Positions 27,987 to 36,924 of a stretch of 64,000 nucleotides of DNA are shown here, piece after piece. The stretch's first letter is position 1. Each line of letters begins with the position of its first letter. Origin of the DNA: Candidatus Thorarchaeota archaeon. Its GTDB lineage: Archaea > Asgardarchaeota > Thorarchaeia > Thorarchaeales > Thorarchaeaceae. Below the pieces are notes generated by a model. It made no database searches, was not told the DNA's origin, and saw nothing but the letters and a program-made list of their open reading frames with translations. Both the position numbers and the translations under genes were made by a program. Where the stretch lies: assembly GCA_020348985.1 (NCBI GenBank), contig CP070761.1, positions 2,300,310 through 2,364,309 of the forward strand, written 5' to 3'.

Positions 27987-29046
27987 CGATTTTGACGTTA
28001 TCGTAATAGGCGGGGGTCCATCCGGATCTGCTACCGCCCTTGGGTGCGCATCAGCTGGAATGTCTGTGATGGTTGTTGAAAAGGGAGACGAGCTGAGAGA
28101 CAAGCCATGCGGAGGTGTGCTCCCCTGGGTTGCCTCCGACACCGTTGAGGGCATCATAGGGAAGGAGATTCCGTCGAGTGTTATGGCTGATCCTAACGAA
28201 CTCGGGCTCTACTATGTTCCACCAAGCGGCAGAAGGAATGGAGGAAGAGTCGCTGGCTACAAAATTCACAATATTGACAGGATCTTGTTTGACAAGTGGC
28301 TGAGAGACGAGGCAGGCTCAGTAGGTGCAGAATTCAGATACAATACAAAGTTCGTTGAGTTTGAAGGAACTGACCCAATCAAAGTCAAAGTGGAGCAAGA
28401 CGGCGAAGCGCGCACAATAACATCGAGATTCTTGGTTGGTGCTGACGGAGTCCGTTCAGACGTCCGCGCGCAGCTTCTTCCTGGCCAACCGGCTCCTGTC
28501 CTTCTTGTTGCTCAGGAACTGTGGGAGGCTAGTGGGGACTTCGAGGATTGTTTCTACGGATTCTTCAGCAGTCGCGTTTCATCTTCCTATGCCTATCTCA
28601 TTCCGAAAGGACAGCAGCTTTTGGTAGGTCTCGGAGTCCAACCGAAGCAAGATCCAGACTTGACATCTGCAATGTCGACATTCAAAGAATGGCTAGCAGC
28701 GGAATTTGCTCTTCGGACTTCTGAAATGGTCAAACGAGAAGTATGGGCAATTCCATACGGCTTCTTCCATCCCGGTTTGGGAAACGTTCTGCTGGTAGGT
28801 GATGCAGCCGGCCTCTGCAATCCATTGTCGGGTGAAGGGATACGACTGGGCATAGAAAGCGGAGATGCCGCCAGCACAGCGATTTCTTCAGAAGCGGAGA
28901 GCAGTTCACTCATTGGTGCATACGTTAAGGATGTTGGGGGAATTGCTGAATTCGTGGGAAGTGTTTACGATTTCGTACAGAACTTGGACGATCAAGGTAG
29001 AGAGAAATTCGTAAGTGATGAGCTAAATAGAAGGAGTCAATTCTGA
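27964..29046 (+). CDS. Geranylgeranyl-reductase/FixC-family FAD oxidoreductase (LipT-like by context)
   Basis: GGGPSG, KPCGG, GADG, LVGDAAG..NPLSGEGI; start uncertain. Confidence 0.85.
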   Translation: MARCYLISDFDVIVIGGGPSGSATALGCASAGMSVMVVEKGDELRDKPCGGVLPWVASDTVEGIIGKEIPSSVMADPNELGLYYVPPSGRRNGGRVAGYKIHNIDRILFDKWLRDEAGSVGAEFRYNTKFVEFEGTDPIKVKVEQDGEARTITSRFLVGADGVRSDVRAQLLPGQPAPVLLVAQELWEASGDFEDCFYGFFSSRVSSSYAYLIPKGQQLLVGLGVQPKQDPDLTSAMSTFKEWLAAEFALRTSEMVKREVWAIPYGFFHPGLGNVLLVGDAAGLCNPLSGEGIRLGIESGDAASTAISSEAESSSLIGAYVKDVGGIAEFVGSVYDFVQNLDDQGREKFVSDELNRRSQF

Positions 29047-29208
29047 AGCAGAACACGGATGAACCAAGGTTTGGGTTGCAGTCTTCCCATCTGCTCACGA
29101 GGAGTAATACGGCCTCATCTAATCCGTCTTCAGATTCTGCTAGCATTCCTCCAAAGTTCGAAGGCTGATTTTTTATAAGTTTGATACTTCAAATGACACG
29201 TAAGTACA

Positions 29209-29332
29209 GGGGTCGAATTGAGCTAGAGGACCGAGCCAAAGGAAAATCAAATCTAGCCGCAGAGTTAGTCCTTTACTTGCATGAGTCCCCCGACCAGACT
29301 GGATTGGAGTCGGACTGCACAGCCTCGGCCCC
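29209..29332 (+). ncRNA. Candidate ~125-nt structured RNA
   Basis: Closing stem GGGGTCGA/TCGGCCCC, internal stems GCTAGA/TCTAGC and CCGAC/GTCGG; about 30 nt after TTTATAA. Confidence 0.3.
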
Positions 29333-29419
29333 ACAGCAATCATATACAAAGGAAGATTGGCGACATAGGGGCAATTATATCGCATAAACGCTCCTTGAAA
29401 GCCTGGGAACGTCCTAGTC

Positions 29420-30115
29420 ATGCGCTTAGCTTCAGTCATTGACATAAGTCTTGTAGACGTACCAGGCATGCCCGTATCGGTTCTCTTTACAGGTGGATGC
29501 AATTTCAATTGCCCATACTGTCAAAACAGCGAACTGATTCCGTTGCGGTCTGGCAATGAGGTTCCTGTCGATGAGATTGCTGAACGCGTCCAAGGCGGAC
29601 TGTCAGAGGGATACTGCATTACCGGCGGTGAGCCAACAATCCACGGTGATCTCCCGATGTTGCTTCAGAGGCTTAGGAGAGAATGCGAGAAGCATCTCAA
29701 TCTCAACACACAGGGCTCTGTTCCCCAAATCTTGGCCTCATGTATCCCTTTTCTAGATTCCATTTGGTTCGATATCAAGACTGCACCAGAGAAGTATCCG
29801 GAAGTGATACGAACACAACGAAACCCCTGGGACCAAGTAGAGTTTAGCCTGCGTAAAGTCTTGGACTCTGATGTTCAGATATGGCCTCGGACAACGTTTG
29901 CATCGAAGCTTATGAACTCCCAAGACCTGGTGAGAGTCATGGAAGTCCTGTCTGAAATGGGCTTTCGAGGTGAATATGTCGTTCAGAACTATGTTGAGTC
30001 AGCTGGAGTATCAGATGAGGGGCGGCTCTGCTGCGTCAAGCCTGAGCTATCTGAGGTTCAAACAATAACAGAATGTGCGCCTGCAGGTATTCAAGTTCGA
30101 TTTGACTGGCGATGA
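29420..30115 (+). CDS. nrdG: Radical SAM glycyl-radical activase (anaerobic RNR activase-like)
   Basis: FTGGCNFNCPYCQN, ITGGEPT, DIKT. Confidence 0.8.
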   Translation: MRLASVIDISLVDVPGMPVSVLFTGGCNFNCPYCQNSELIPLRSGNEVPVDEIAERVQGGLSEGYCITGGEPTIHGDLPMLLQRLRRECEKHLNLNTQGSVPQILASCIPFLDSIWFDIKTAPEKYPEVIRTQRNPWDQVEFSLRKVLDSDVQIWPRTTFASKLMNSQDLVRVMEVLSEMGFRGEYVVQNYVESAGVSDEGRLCCVKPELSEVQTITECAPAGIQVRFDWR

Positions 30116-30224
30116 AACGTCTTTTGATGGCTATACACAGACATATCTTTATAAACTGCAAACGTCGTGCTCAGATTTGACCACTACCTCTAGTGGCATA
30201 ATTATGTTGGAGTGGCTTTGAAGC

Positions 30225-30959
30225 ATGTTTCCCACCCAGTCTCTTGGCTATGACCGTGCAATCACGGTATTCAGTCCCGAGGGCAGATTATACCAAGTTG
30301 AATACGCTACAGAGGCAGTAAGACACGGCCCCCTGGCTGTTGGCGTCAAGGCGGTAGACGGAGTCGTGCTTGCTGGTGAGAAGCGAACACCACACTCGCT
30401 TGTCGACATTTCATCATTGAAGAAGATCCTTCTGATTGATGACCACGTTGGTACCGCGATTGCTGGACTTCACGCAGACGCGAGGAAGCTAATCGACCAA
30501 GCACGCATCAGGGCGCAGATTAACAAGCTCAGCTACGACGAACCCATCATGATTAGATCGCTGGTTGTGGACATTTGTGACACAAAGCAGCTTCACACAC
30601 AATATGGGGGCGCTAGGCCTTTCGGGGTGTCCCTACTAGTGGCTGGTATCGATGATGGTGGTCCCCAGCTCTACACAACCGACCCGTCAGGGTCATTCTG
30701 GGGATGGAAGGCCGCAGCAATTGGAAAAGAGTCAGACATCGTCCGTGAGTTCTTCTCCCGAGAGTACAAGGAAGGTCTCAATCTCAACGGAGCGATGAAG
30801 CTCGCTCTGGAAGGACTGGCGCAATCCCGGGGTGAACCGGGAGAGGCTGATATTTCTGAAAGGGCAAAGACCGTCGAGATTGGGACAATCTCAATCGAAG
30901 ACAAGATCTTCAAGATTCTAACGCCCGAAGAAGTTGAAGCTGCACTGACTCAAGAGTAG
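30225..30959 (+). CDS. psmA: Proteasome subunit alpha
   Basis: YDRAITVFSPEGRLYQVEYA, RPFGVSLL, DPSG. Confidence 0.97.
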   Translation: MFPTQSLGYDRAITVFSPEGRLYQVEYATEAVRHGPLAVGVKAVDGVVLAGEKRTPHSLVDISSLKKILLIDDHVGTAIAGLHADARKLIDQARIRAQINKLSYDEPIMIRSLVVDICDTKQLHTQYGGARPFGVSLLVAGIDDGGPQLYTTDPSGSFWGWKAAAIGKESDIVREFFSREYKEGLNLNGAMKLALEGLAQSRGEPGEADISERAKTVEIGTISIEDKIFKILTPEEVEAALTQE

Positions 30960-31004
30960 TCGCAGAGATCCGGTCGTCATAGTCATTCTGGAAGCATAGC
31001 ATAT

Positions 31005-31904
31005 CTAAGCCCCAGTGGCTTTCTTGACCAATTGATTCACAATCATGCTTGCGATGTTCAATCCTGTTACCCTTGACAAAGCACTCCAAGAAGGAGAGGC
31101 ATTTGCCTCAATCACACAAGGGCCTTCAGAGGATTCCAAGATATCGACACCTGTGTAGTCCAAGTTCAGGATCTCGGCTGTTTTGATTGCACACTCCGCG
31201 TAATCCTCACTCAGATCTGCTATCTCTGCTTTTCCTCCTGAGTGAACATTGGTTCTCCACTCTTCGTCATGGTCCTCTGGAAGATACCTGTACATCGCGC
31301 CGACCAGTTCGTCTCCAATCACAAATGCCCTGATGTCTCGTTTTGGTTTCTCGATCATCTCCTGGACATAGAGTACTTGTCCAAGCTGATGTATAAACTT
31401 CATCGCTCGATATGTTAATTCGGGATGCTCGGCTCTGATGGAGCCCATGCCACGGGCTCCAATCAGTGGCTTGATCACAACGTCACCAACGTCCTCAACG
31501 AAGTGAATTGCGGCCTCAAGGTTTTCACCAACATATGTTCGAGGAACTTTGATGCCTGACTTGTGAAGGGCGGTTAAAGTGGCATACTTGTCTTTTGCTC
31601 TTCTGAAAGAATAGGCAGGATTCATAACATAGATGCCTGCGTCCTCAAAATGCTCAAGGAGACTGATCCTGAAGGTGATTTGATCGCCAGTCCCAAATCC
31701 GATCGTCCTGACAATCATTCCATCCATGCCAGAAATGACTTGATCCTCAAGATGTGTAAACTTGTGAGGAATCTCCGCGGCAACATCCGGCAATCTAAAC
31801 GGCAGAACGTCATGATTCATTGCCTTCATGGCATCAATCAGGCTCTTTGTGGCCCAATTGTTAACATTCTCATGATACGAGATTCCAAAGAGTCGACGGC
31901 CCAT
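31005..31904 (-). CDS. RimK-family ATP-grasp ligase
   Basis: DKYAT, VIKPLIGARGMG, YVQE, WRTNVHSGG, GVDI, EANASP. Confidence 0.9.
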   Translation of the reverse strand: MGRRLFGISYHENVNNWATKSLIDAMKAMNHDVLPFRLPDVAAEIPHKFTHLEDQVISGMDGMIVRTIGFGTGDQITFRISLLEHFEDAGIYVMNPAYSFRRAKDKYATLTALHKSGIKVPRTYVGENLEAAIHFVEDVGDVVIKPLIGARGMGSIRAEHPELTYRAMKFIHQLGQVLYVQEMIEKPKRDIRAFVIGDELVGAMYRYLPEDHDEEWRTNVHSGGKAEIADLSEDYAECAIKTAEILNLDYTGVDILESSEGPCVIEANASPSWSALSRVTGLNIASMIVNQLVKKATGA

Positions 31905-32016
31905 TTGAATGGCATCTCCTGGTTACTTGTATCAATCTCCTTGAGCGATGTTAAATGGATTACCCAAGGTGAAGTAGTTCGACAAAATCCAAGTAGAATC
32001 GCACTTTGTCCTCTTC

Positions 32017-32811
32017 ATGGCTCTTCCAGGGCTTACTAAACAACAGATAGTTGAAGTAGACAGAATCATGATGGAGGAGCTCCATGTCCCTGTGGAGCTC
32101 ATGATGGAGCATGCGGGTCTATGTCTGGCTCGAACAGCGATTATCTTTGGTGGTAACACCTCTCGACATTTCATTGTGATAGCTGGACCCGGCAACAACA
32201 GTGGCGGCGGGCTTGTTGCAGCTCGACGTCTGCACGCCTGGGAGCAAAGCGTGACCGTGATTGTCCCAAAAGGTACTGATGGACTACGTCCAGCTTCAAA
32301 GCATCAACTGTCTCGGGTGCTGGCCTCTGGCGTAGAAGTGACTAAGAGTGTGCCGACTACCCTCAAACCCGATGTGTCCTCGATTCTACTAGATGCATAT
32401 CTAGGATACGGATTCACCGGAAGAGACGACTCTATAAGTGATGCCGTTTTTTGTCTTCTCCGGCGTCATCCATCTGTTATTTCTCTTGATGCTCCCTCTG
32501 GTCTAGATGTCTCAACTGGTGAGAATGTCGGCGGTCTGAAGCCGAAGTTGATAGTTACAGTTGCTTTTGTCAAGCAAGGTCTGCTGTCTACTAGTCCTGA
32601 GAATGTTGGAGAACTTCTGGTTTGCGACATTGGAGTCCCAACTAGTGTATTTGGCAGTCGGCTAGGAATCGATTGGAGGTCTCCTCTCAAGAAGGAGTCG
32701 CTGCGTGACTTGTCTCAGGCCTTCTCAGAGAATCCAATTCAGGAGGTTGAGTCACTAGCTGATGAAGGCGATTGCCTCTGTTGGCTGCCCCGGAGACAGC
32801 CAATCTCTTGA
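32017..32811 (+). CDS. nnrE: NAD(P)H-hydrate epimerase (stand-alone YjeF_N)
   Basis: LMMEHAG, GPGNNSGGGLVAAR, SLDAPSG, DIGVP. Confidence 0.88.
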   Translation: MALPGLTKQQIVEVDRIMMEELHVPVELMMEHAGLCLARTAIIFGGNTSRHFIVIAGPGNNSGGGLVAARRLHAWEQSVTVIVPKGTDGLRPASKHQLSRVLASGVEVTKSVPTTLKPDVSSILLDAYLGYGFTGRDDSISDAVFCLLRRHPSVISLDAPSGLDVSTGENVGGLKPKLIVTVAFVKQGLLSTSPENVGELLVCDIGVPTSVFGSRLGIDWRSPLKKESLRDLSQAFSENPIQEVESLADEGDCLCWLPRRQPIS

Positions 32812-32831
32812 ATCAAACCGTGTAGGAACAA

Positions 32832-33497
32832 TCAACGCTCACATTCGAATCTTACAGTCAGATCATCGTAGGATTCGAAACTCATCAGAAACGAATTGAG
32901 TTTGAACACAGGTACAATTGGAACTCCATCAGAAAACTCGACGTCTTCCACTAGCCATGTAACAAGAATAGGGCTGAGCGTGAACTTCTTTCGTTCAAGT
33001 CCGTCCAGTTTCGCAGAGAGCCTATCCAACAGTCCACACAGAAGCTCGGTTCTCATCTTCTGCTTCTCTGCAGCGCTTTTGAGTGCAGACGATTTGTATT
33101 TTCTTACTCCCCACATTTTGGCATCAATTGATACAATTCTGTTTCCTCGCAATCCAATAACATCGATCTCCATGCCTTGGATTTCCAAATTTCCTCGACG
33201 TCTAAAGCTCTCTGTACACTTGAAGCCGTGTTCAACCAAAATGCTTGTAACCATACCTTCAAAGTCTTTCCAGTTCATTCGATTTACAACTGACTCGACT
33301 TCTGCTCCCAATGATACTGCTTTCAGAGCTAGCTCGACTCTTTCATTTCTGTGAAGTTTCCATTTCCCTTCTGGCTCCTTCAATGCACCAATCTCATGGA
33401 GGATTCTCTCCTGCAAATCATTTGTAGTGTAGACTGACGAGCCATCGCGTGAACTGTCAAGTAGATTCAGGATTTCTCTCAGTCGGGGTTTCACCAT
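32832..33497 (-). CDS. PD-(D/E)xK restriction-endonuclease-fold protein (Mrr/NERD-like)
   Basis: WKDFE, EIDVIG...IDAKMW. Confidence 0.75.
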   Translation of the reverse strand: MVKPRLREILNLLDSSRDGSSVYTTNDLQERILHEIGALKEPEGKWKLHRNERVELALKAVSLGAEVESVVNRMNWKDFEGMVTSILVEHGFKCTESFRRRGNLEIQGMEIDVIGLRGNRIVSIDAKMWGVRKYKSSALKSAAEKQKMRTELLCGLLDRLSAKLDGLERKKFTLSPILVTWLVEDVEFSDGVPIVPVFKLNSFLMSFESYDDLTVRFECER

Positions 33498-33540
33498 TTC
33501 ACGATTTTAGTTCTCACTCTACTTTATAACGTTCGCTGCC

Positions 33541-34047
33541 ATGACTGATTGTGAGCGCGACATGTCAGACACAGCTGAAGGTTGGACTCGTGTTCTCAGA
33601 GCTTTCGATGACTGGATCGAATATGAGACCACCGAGTTTGGCCCTTGGACCGGCTACTTCTCATTGGAGAATCTACAAGGCCTCATGGATAAAGAGAGAC
33701 TGAGCTGGATGGGCTCGATGGTTGACGAGATAATCCCTGGGAGAATTGAGAGTTGCAGAAATGCCGGTGTTGCACTTGAGGACTTTCTGCCTTACATGCC
33801 TGATGCTATGGCTATCGAAACCGTTCGTTCAATGATAGATCTTAACCTAGTACTTCAAGATGGTATGTTGAAAATGAGCGATGCAGTAACTAGAATGGCT
33901 GACGAGTACAAAGTTGGCGGGCTCGACGAGATCGGAGGTCATCTCAAGGAGCTAAAGGAGATCGAAGAAGACATTCGACATCATATGAGTCTGTACTCCA
34001 AGGGATTTGCACGTCTGAGGTCTCTGGGCCTTGAGATGCCCGATTGA
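33541..34047 (+). CDS. Hypothetical helical protein
   Basis: Long ORF divergent from the nuclease; start may be 33562. Confidence 0.7.
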   Translation: MTDCERDMSDTAEGWTRVLRAFDDWIEYETTEFGPWTGYFSLENLQGLMDKERLSWMGSMVDEIIPGRIESCRNAGVALEDFLPYMPDAMAIETVRSMIDLNLVLQDGMLKMSDAVTRMADEYKVGGLDEIGGHLKELKEIEEDIRHHMSLYSKGFARLRSLGLEMPD

Positions 34048-34190
34048 GCACAGAAATACCTGGCGCCACTCCAAAACCTTAAGTACCAATCTAATCGGTT
34101 CTTGTTTGACCCAATATAAAGAGGTGAAAAGCTAAATGGGTACTGAAACATTAATGGACGCCCATCGACGTCGGGTCACGAGAGCAAGAG

Positions 34191-34583
34191 GTGAATATCA
34201 AATCGCCTCGAGAGGTGAGTGTATTCTCTAGTGGGCAAAAGGCCCATACGGAATATGCTGAACCCGTTAACACTCCTCCTTTTGAGAGTCTGGCTTCATC
34301 GTTTTTGTCTCTGGCAGAACATAGGCTAAGTGACATGCAGAAGACTGTTCTTGTGATGAGTGCCAAGGTCCTTGAATATCATGACCTGACAGTGACCGCT
34401 CTTGCAGACCATATGAGCCGAAGAAGCCACGTGCCTTACAGCACACTGAAGTGGAACTTGAGGCTCCTGACGAAGATGGGTCTCTTGGTGGGTGGTGACA
34501 CCAAGAACAGAGGTAGGAAAGCAAGTCTGACAGAGGCTGCCAGATTGCTCATCCACCACTTGGAAGATCGAGCGATCTCCTAG
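34191..34583 (+). CDS. Winged-helix DNA-binding protein
   Basis: TVTALADHMS..VPYSTLKWNLRLLTKMGLL...ASLTEAA; start uncertain. Confidence 0.7.
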   Translation: MNIKSPREVSVFSSGQKAHTEYAEPVNTPPFESLASSFLSLAEHRLSDMQKTVLVMSAKVLEYHDLTVTALADHMSRRSHVPYSTLKWNLRLLTKMGLLVGGDTKNRGRKASLTEAARLLIHHLEDRAIS

Positions 34584-34621
34584 AGGTTTCACTCTGGGCA
34601 ATCCTCTCTTCTTCCTGTTTT

Positions 34622-34711
34622 TCTCTTCGGCAAGAGCCATTGGGTGCATCCCGCACTCGGGAGGAGCAATCGATTTTGCCCGTCCGTCATCGAAGCTTCT
34701 TGCCGAAGAGA
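34622..34711 (-). promoter_or_regulatory. Eukaryote-type SECIS-like element inside a 14-bp perfect outer stem
   Basis: Minus strand: ATGAC-GGACGGGCAA-AATCGA-TTGCTCCTCC-CGAG (34690-34656); inverted repeat 34622-34635/34698-34711. Confidence 0.75.
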
Positions 34712-35490
34712 TTCTTTCCTTTTGATAGGCCCTCCAAGACCTTCTCTTTACTTATGCCAGCAGACATCAGAAGCTCAACAGACACTTCTTCTCCGGATCC
34801 CAGATTTCCCAGATTCCATTGGAGCGCAGATGCTATGTCCTTTGGTCCCATCTTCAGGTTTCGTCTGAGGTCGCGACGGGCATCCTCAACTTTCAGCTTT
34901 GCAGGAGGCGAAATCTCCCAACTGTCTGGTTGTTTGATTGAACTCATTCCAACATACAGTGGATTGTCGTCCCAAATCATCATTGTACCAGAGTCTGGGT
35001 CATACTGACCGCGGTCATCCTTGTAGCTTCTTGGACCACCCAGGTCAAAGTCCATGAAGTTGTAGACCTTCATGTCTTCCACTTCCATATCTCCTATGTT
35101 TTTCGTCGTATGTCGAATGATTATTGTTGGCTTGTTATAACTCCAGAGAGCTATGCTGAATCTCAGCATCGGCTTAGAGAAGCCTACAGGAGTCAAGTCA
35201 AGATCGACCCTGAGTGTCTGACCTTTCATCTCGTTCCGTCGAATTCGAATGATTCTCTCCTCTGTCGACTGAACGTGATGAACGAGATCGTCAAGCACAA
35301 AGGAGGCCCAGAACCCGCTCCTGTAGCCCGCTGGATTGCGCAACAACAACCTGTCCAGTCCTTTGGGATCAATCAAGCTGAGTCGCTTCATATAGAAGCC
35401 CTTACGACCTCTTCCTCAAGAAACACAGTTCACTGCATATGTCATGTCAAGTCTTGGAGACCGTCTTCCAGATTCCAAGGTCTCATACAT
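34687..35490 (-). CDS. Candidate selenoprotein (267 aa, CxxU at residues 22-25) with a beta-sandwich-like body
   Basis: ATG 35490 with GGTGTGA SD and upstream TTTATA; MYETLESGRRSPRLDMTYAVNCVS-TGA(35418-35416)-GRGRKGFY is in frame with track ORF 34687-35391; 3' SECIS-like hairpin. Confidence 0.75.
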
Positions 35491-35667
35491 GATCGATCAC
35501 ACCAACTGCCTTCCTTGTCGGGATTCTCGGAGATATAAAGTGTACCAAGCAAGACCGCCTGCATGTGTGATGGCTTCGTGGCAATTCATAGTCGTACTCT
35601 CTTATCCTTGTCACAAACTTGATAAATATCACAAAGGACCGATGACGCGCTCAGGTGCGGACAAGCT

Positions 35668-36906
35668 ATGACTACTCTTACACTAGAGCAGCTACAGAAA
35701 TGGTACAGGAAGAGGCTTTCAAACAAGTCCAAGGATTTTACAAAGCTAGCTGAGAGAAGTTACAAGATAGTCGGGCGGACATTGAAAGATGTTGAGGAAG
35801 TCTCACAAGACCTGCTTGAAGCCAGTGATGATGATGACATCGAGCATCAAGGAATCGCCTCTCGATTTGCAATGAAGATTAGTGAAATCGTTGAAGGCTT
35901 TGACGTAGATAAGAAGGTCACCTACTCAAACACAGAGGAAATGCAGGAGGAGATTCAGAGATTCATTCAGGACCTTTGGGGCGCAGGAGCAAGATGGATT
36001 AAGCGGATGGATAAGAAGCACAAGAGCACAATCAAAGTTCTTGATTCCTACATGAAAGAGCTTATGCGCGAGATGAAGAAGATAGGCAAGATCCTGTATG
36101 AGTTTGCATGGATAAAGGACCTTGAACGTATTGACGGACGAATTACTACACTTCGTGATTTGACTTATGGCAAAGAGATCTTCGAGGAGCAAATCCGGCA
36201 GATCCGTCTAAAACTGGACGCTGCGGAGGCAGAATATGAGGCGGCAGAGAAAGCCTACGGTGACTTCAAAGACACATCAAACGTCGCTGAGATACTGAAT
36301 CTTGATCAAGAGTCCGAGCGAGTTGCATCTCTGTTGCGAATGCGGCTCAACACGCTCAGAAAAGCCGTGAAGAAATTCACTCAGCATGACACCGGGGTTC
36401 GGATTGGTCCCGCAGGCCATAGGGCTTTGGCAGATTATTTCGAAGACCCCTTCGAAGCCATCGTTGAGGAGCCTGATGGCACTCCCGGCCTTCTTGAGGG
36501 ACTCGGTGGAATGCAGAAGGCAATTGAAGGCGGACAATTGAAGCTGAAAGACCGGCTGGCCAGGAGAGCGATAGAGGAGATTGAAGAAATTCGAAATGGT
36601 GCCCTTTCGGAACTGCAAAGAACAGCAAAGGATATTGTCCAAAAGAGAAGAACCTACGCCGGATCAGAAGTCTACAAGCAAAGTGAAGAGATGACTTCTC
36701 GCCTTGATGAGGCGACGAAGAACCTAGAATATCATCGCAATGACCTTCTGAGAACAGGTGATGAGATTCAGCGTCAGATTGACAAGGTGGAGGAATTCCG
36801 AGAGAGAATAGAGTCTGAGATTCTCGAAGCGTTTGGCGAGAAGGTCATGATTCAGATTGATGACTTGGGTTTGGAGCCGCTCTTAGCCAAATGTACCGTT
36901 AGCTAG
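35668..36906 (+). CDS. Coiled-coil hypothetical protein
   Basis: Highly charged, helical and heptad-rich, 412 aa. Confidence 0.8.
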   Translation: MTTLTLEQLQKWYRKRLSNKSKDFTKLAERSYKIVGRTLKDVEEVSQDLLEASDDDDIEHQGIASRFAMKISEIVEGFDVDKKVTYSNTEEMQEEIQRFIQDLWGAGARWIKRMDKKHKSTIKVLDSYMKELMREMKKIGKILYEFAWIKDLERIDGRITTLRDLTYGKEIFEEQIRQIRLKLDAAEAEYEAAEKAYGDFKDTSNVAEILNLDQESERVASLLRMRLNTLRKAVKKFTQHDTGVRIGPAGHRALADYFEDPFEAIVEEPDGTPGLLEGLGGMQKAIEGGQLKLKDRLARRAIEEIEEIRNGALSELQRTAKDIVQKRRTYAGSEVYKQSEEMTSRLDEATKNLEYHRNDLLRTGDEIQRQIDKVEEFRERIESEILEAFGEKVMIQIDDLGLEPLLAKCTVS

Positions 36907-36924
36907 AGATCGGGTGCAGTTGTC

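Noticed and set aside
29209-29335. tmRNA, tRNA or 5S rRNA (GGGG...CCCCA ends)
   Set aside because: No TTCG T-loop, no G3-U70 pair, too short for tmRNA, and no 5S consensus on either strand.
28925-29387. ORFs 28925-29146 (-) and 29181-29387 (+)
   Set aside because: No recognisable motifs; the first overlaps the oxidoreductase 3' end and the second starts too close to the TATA box. Left uncalled.
32832-33497. Restriction partner of the methyltransferase
   Set aside because: About 22 kb away among housekeeping genes; looks like a stand-alone archaeal PD-(D/E)xK protein.
35416-35418. In-frame TGA as a simple nonsense mutation (pseudogene)
   Set aside because: Not excluded, but disfavoured: the TGA falls exactly in CxxU, the rest of the frame is intact, and a SECIS-like hairpin is present.
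34326-35671. Track ORFs 34326-34649 (-), 34640-35008 (+), 35110-35538 (+) and 35444-35671 (+)
   Set aside because: Shadow frames overlapping better-supported genes or the SECIS region, with no motifs. The same applies to most short antisense ORFs in the track.
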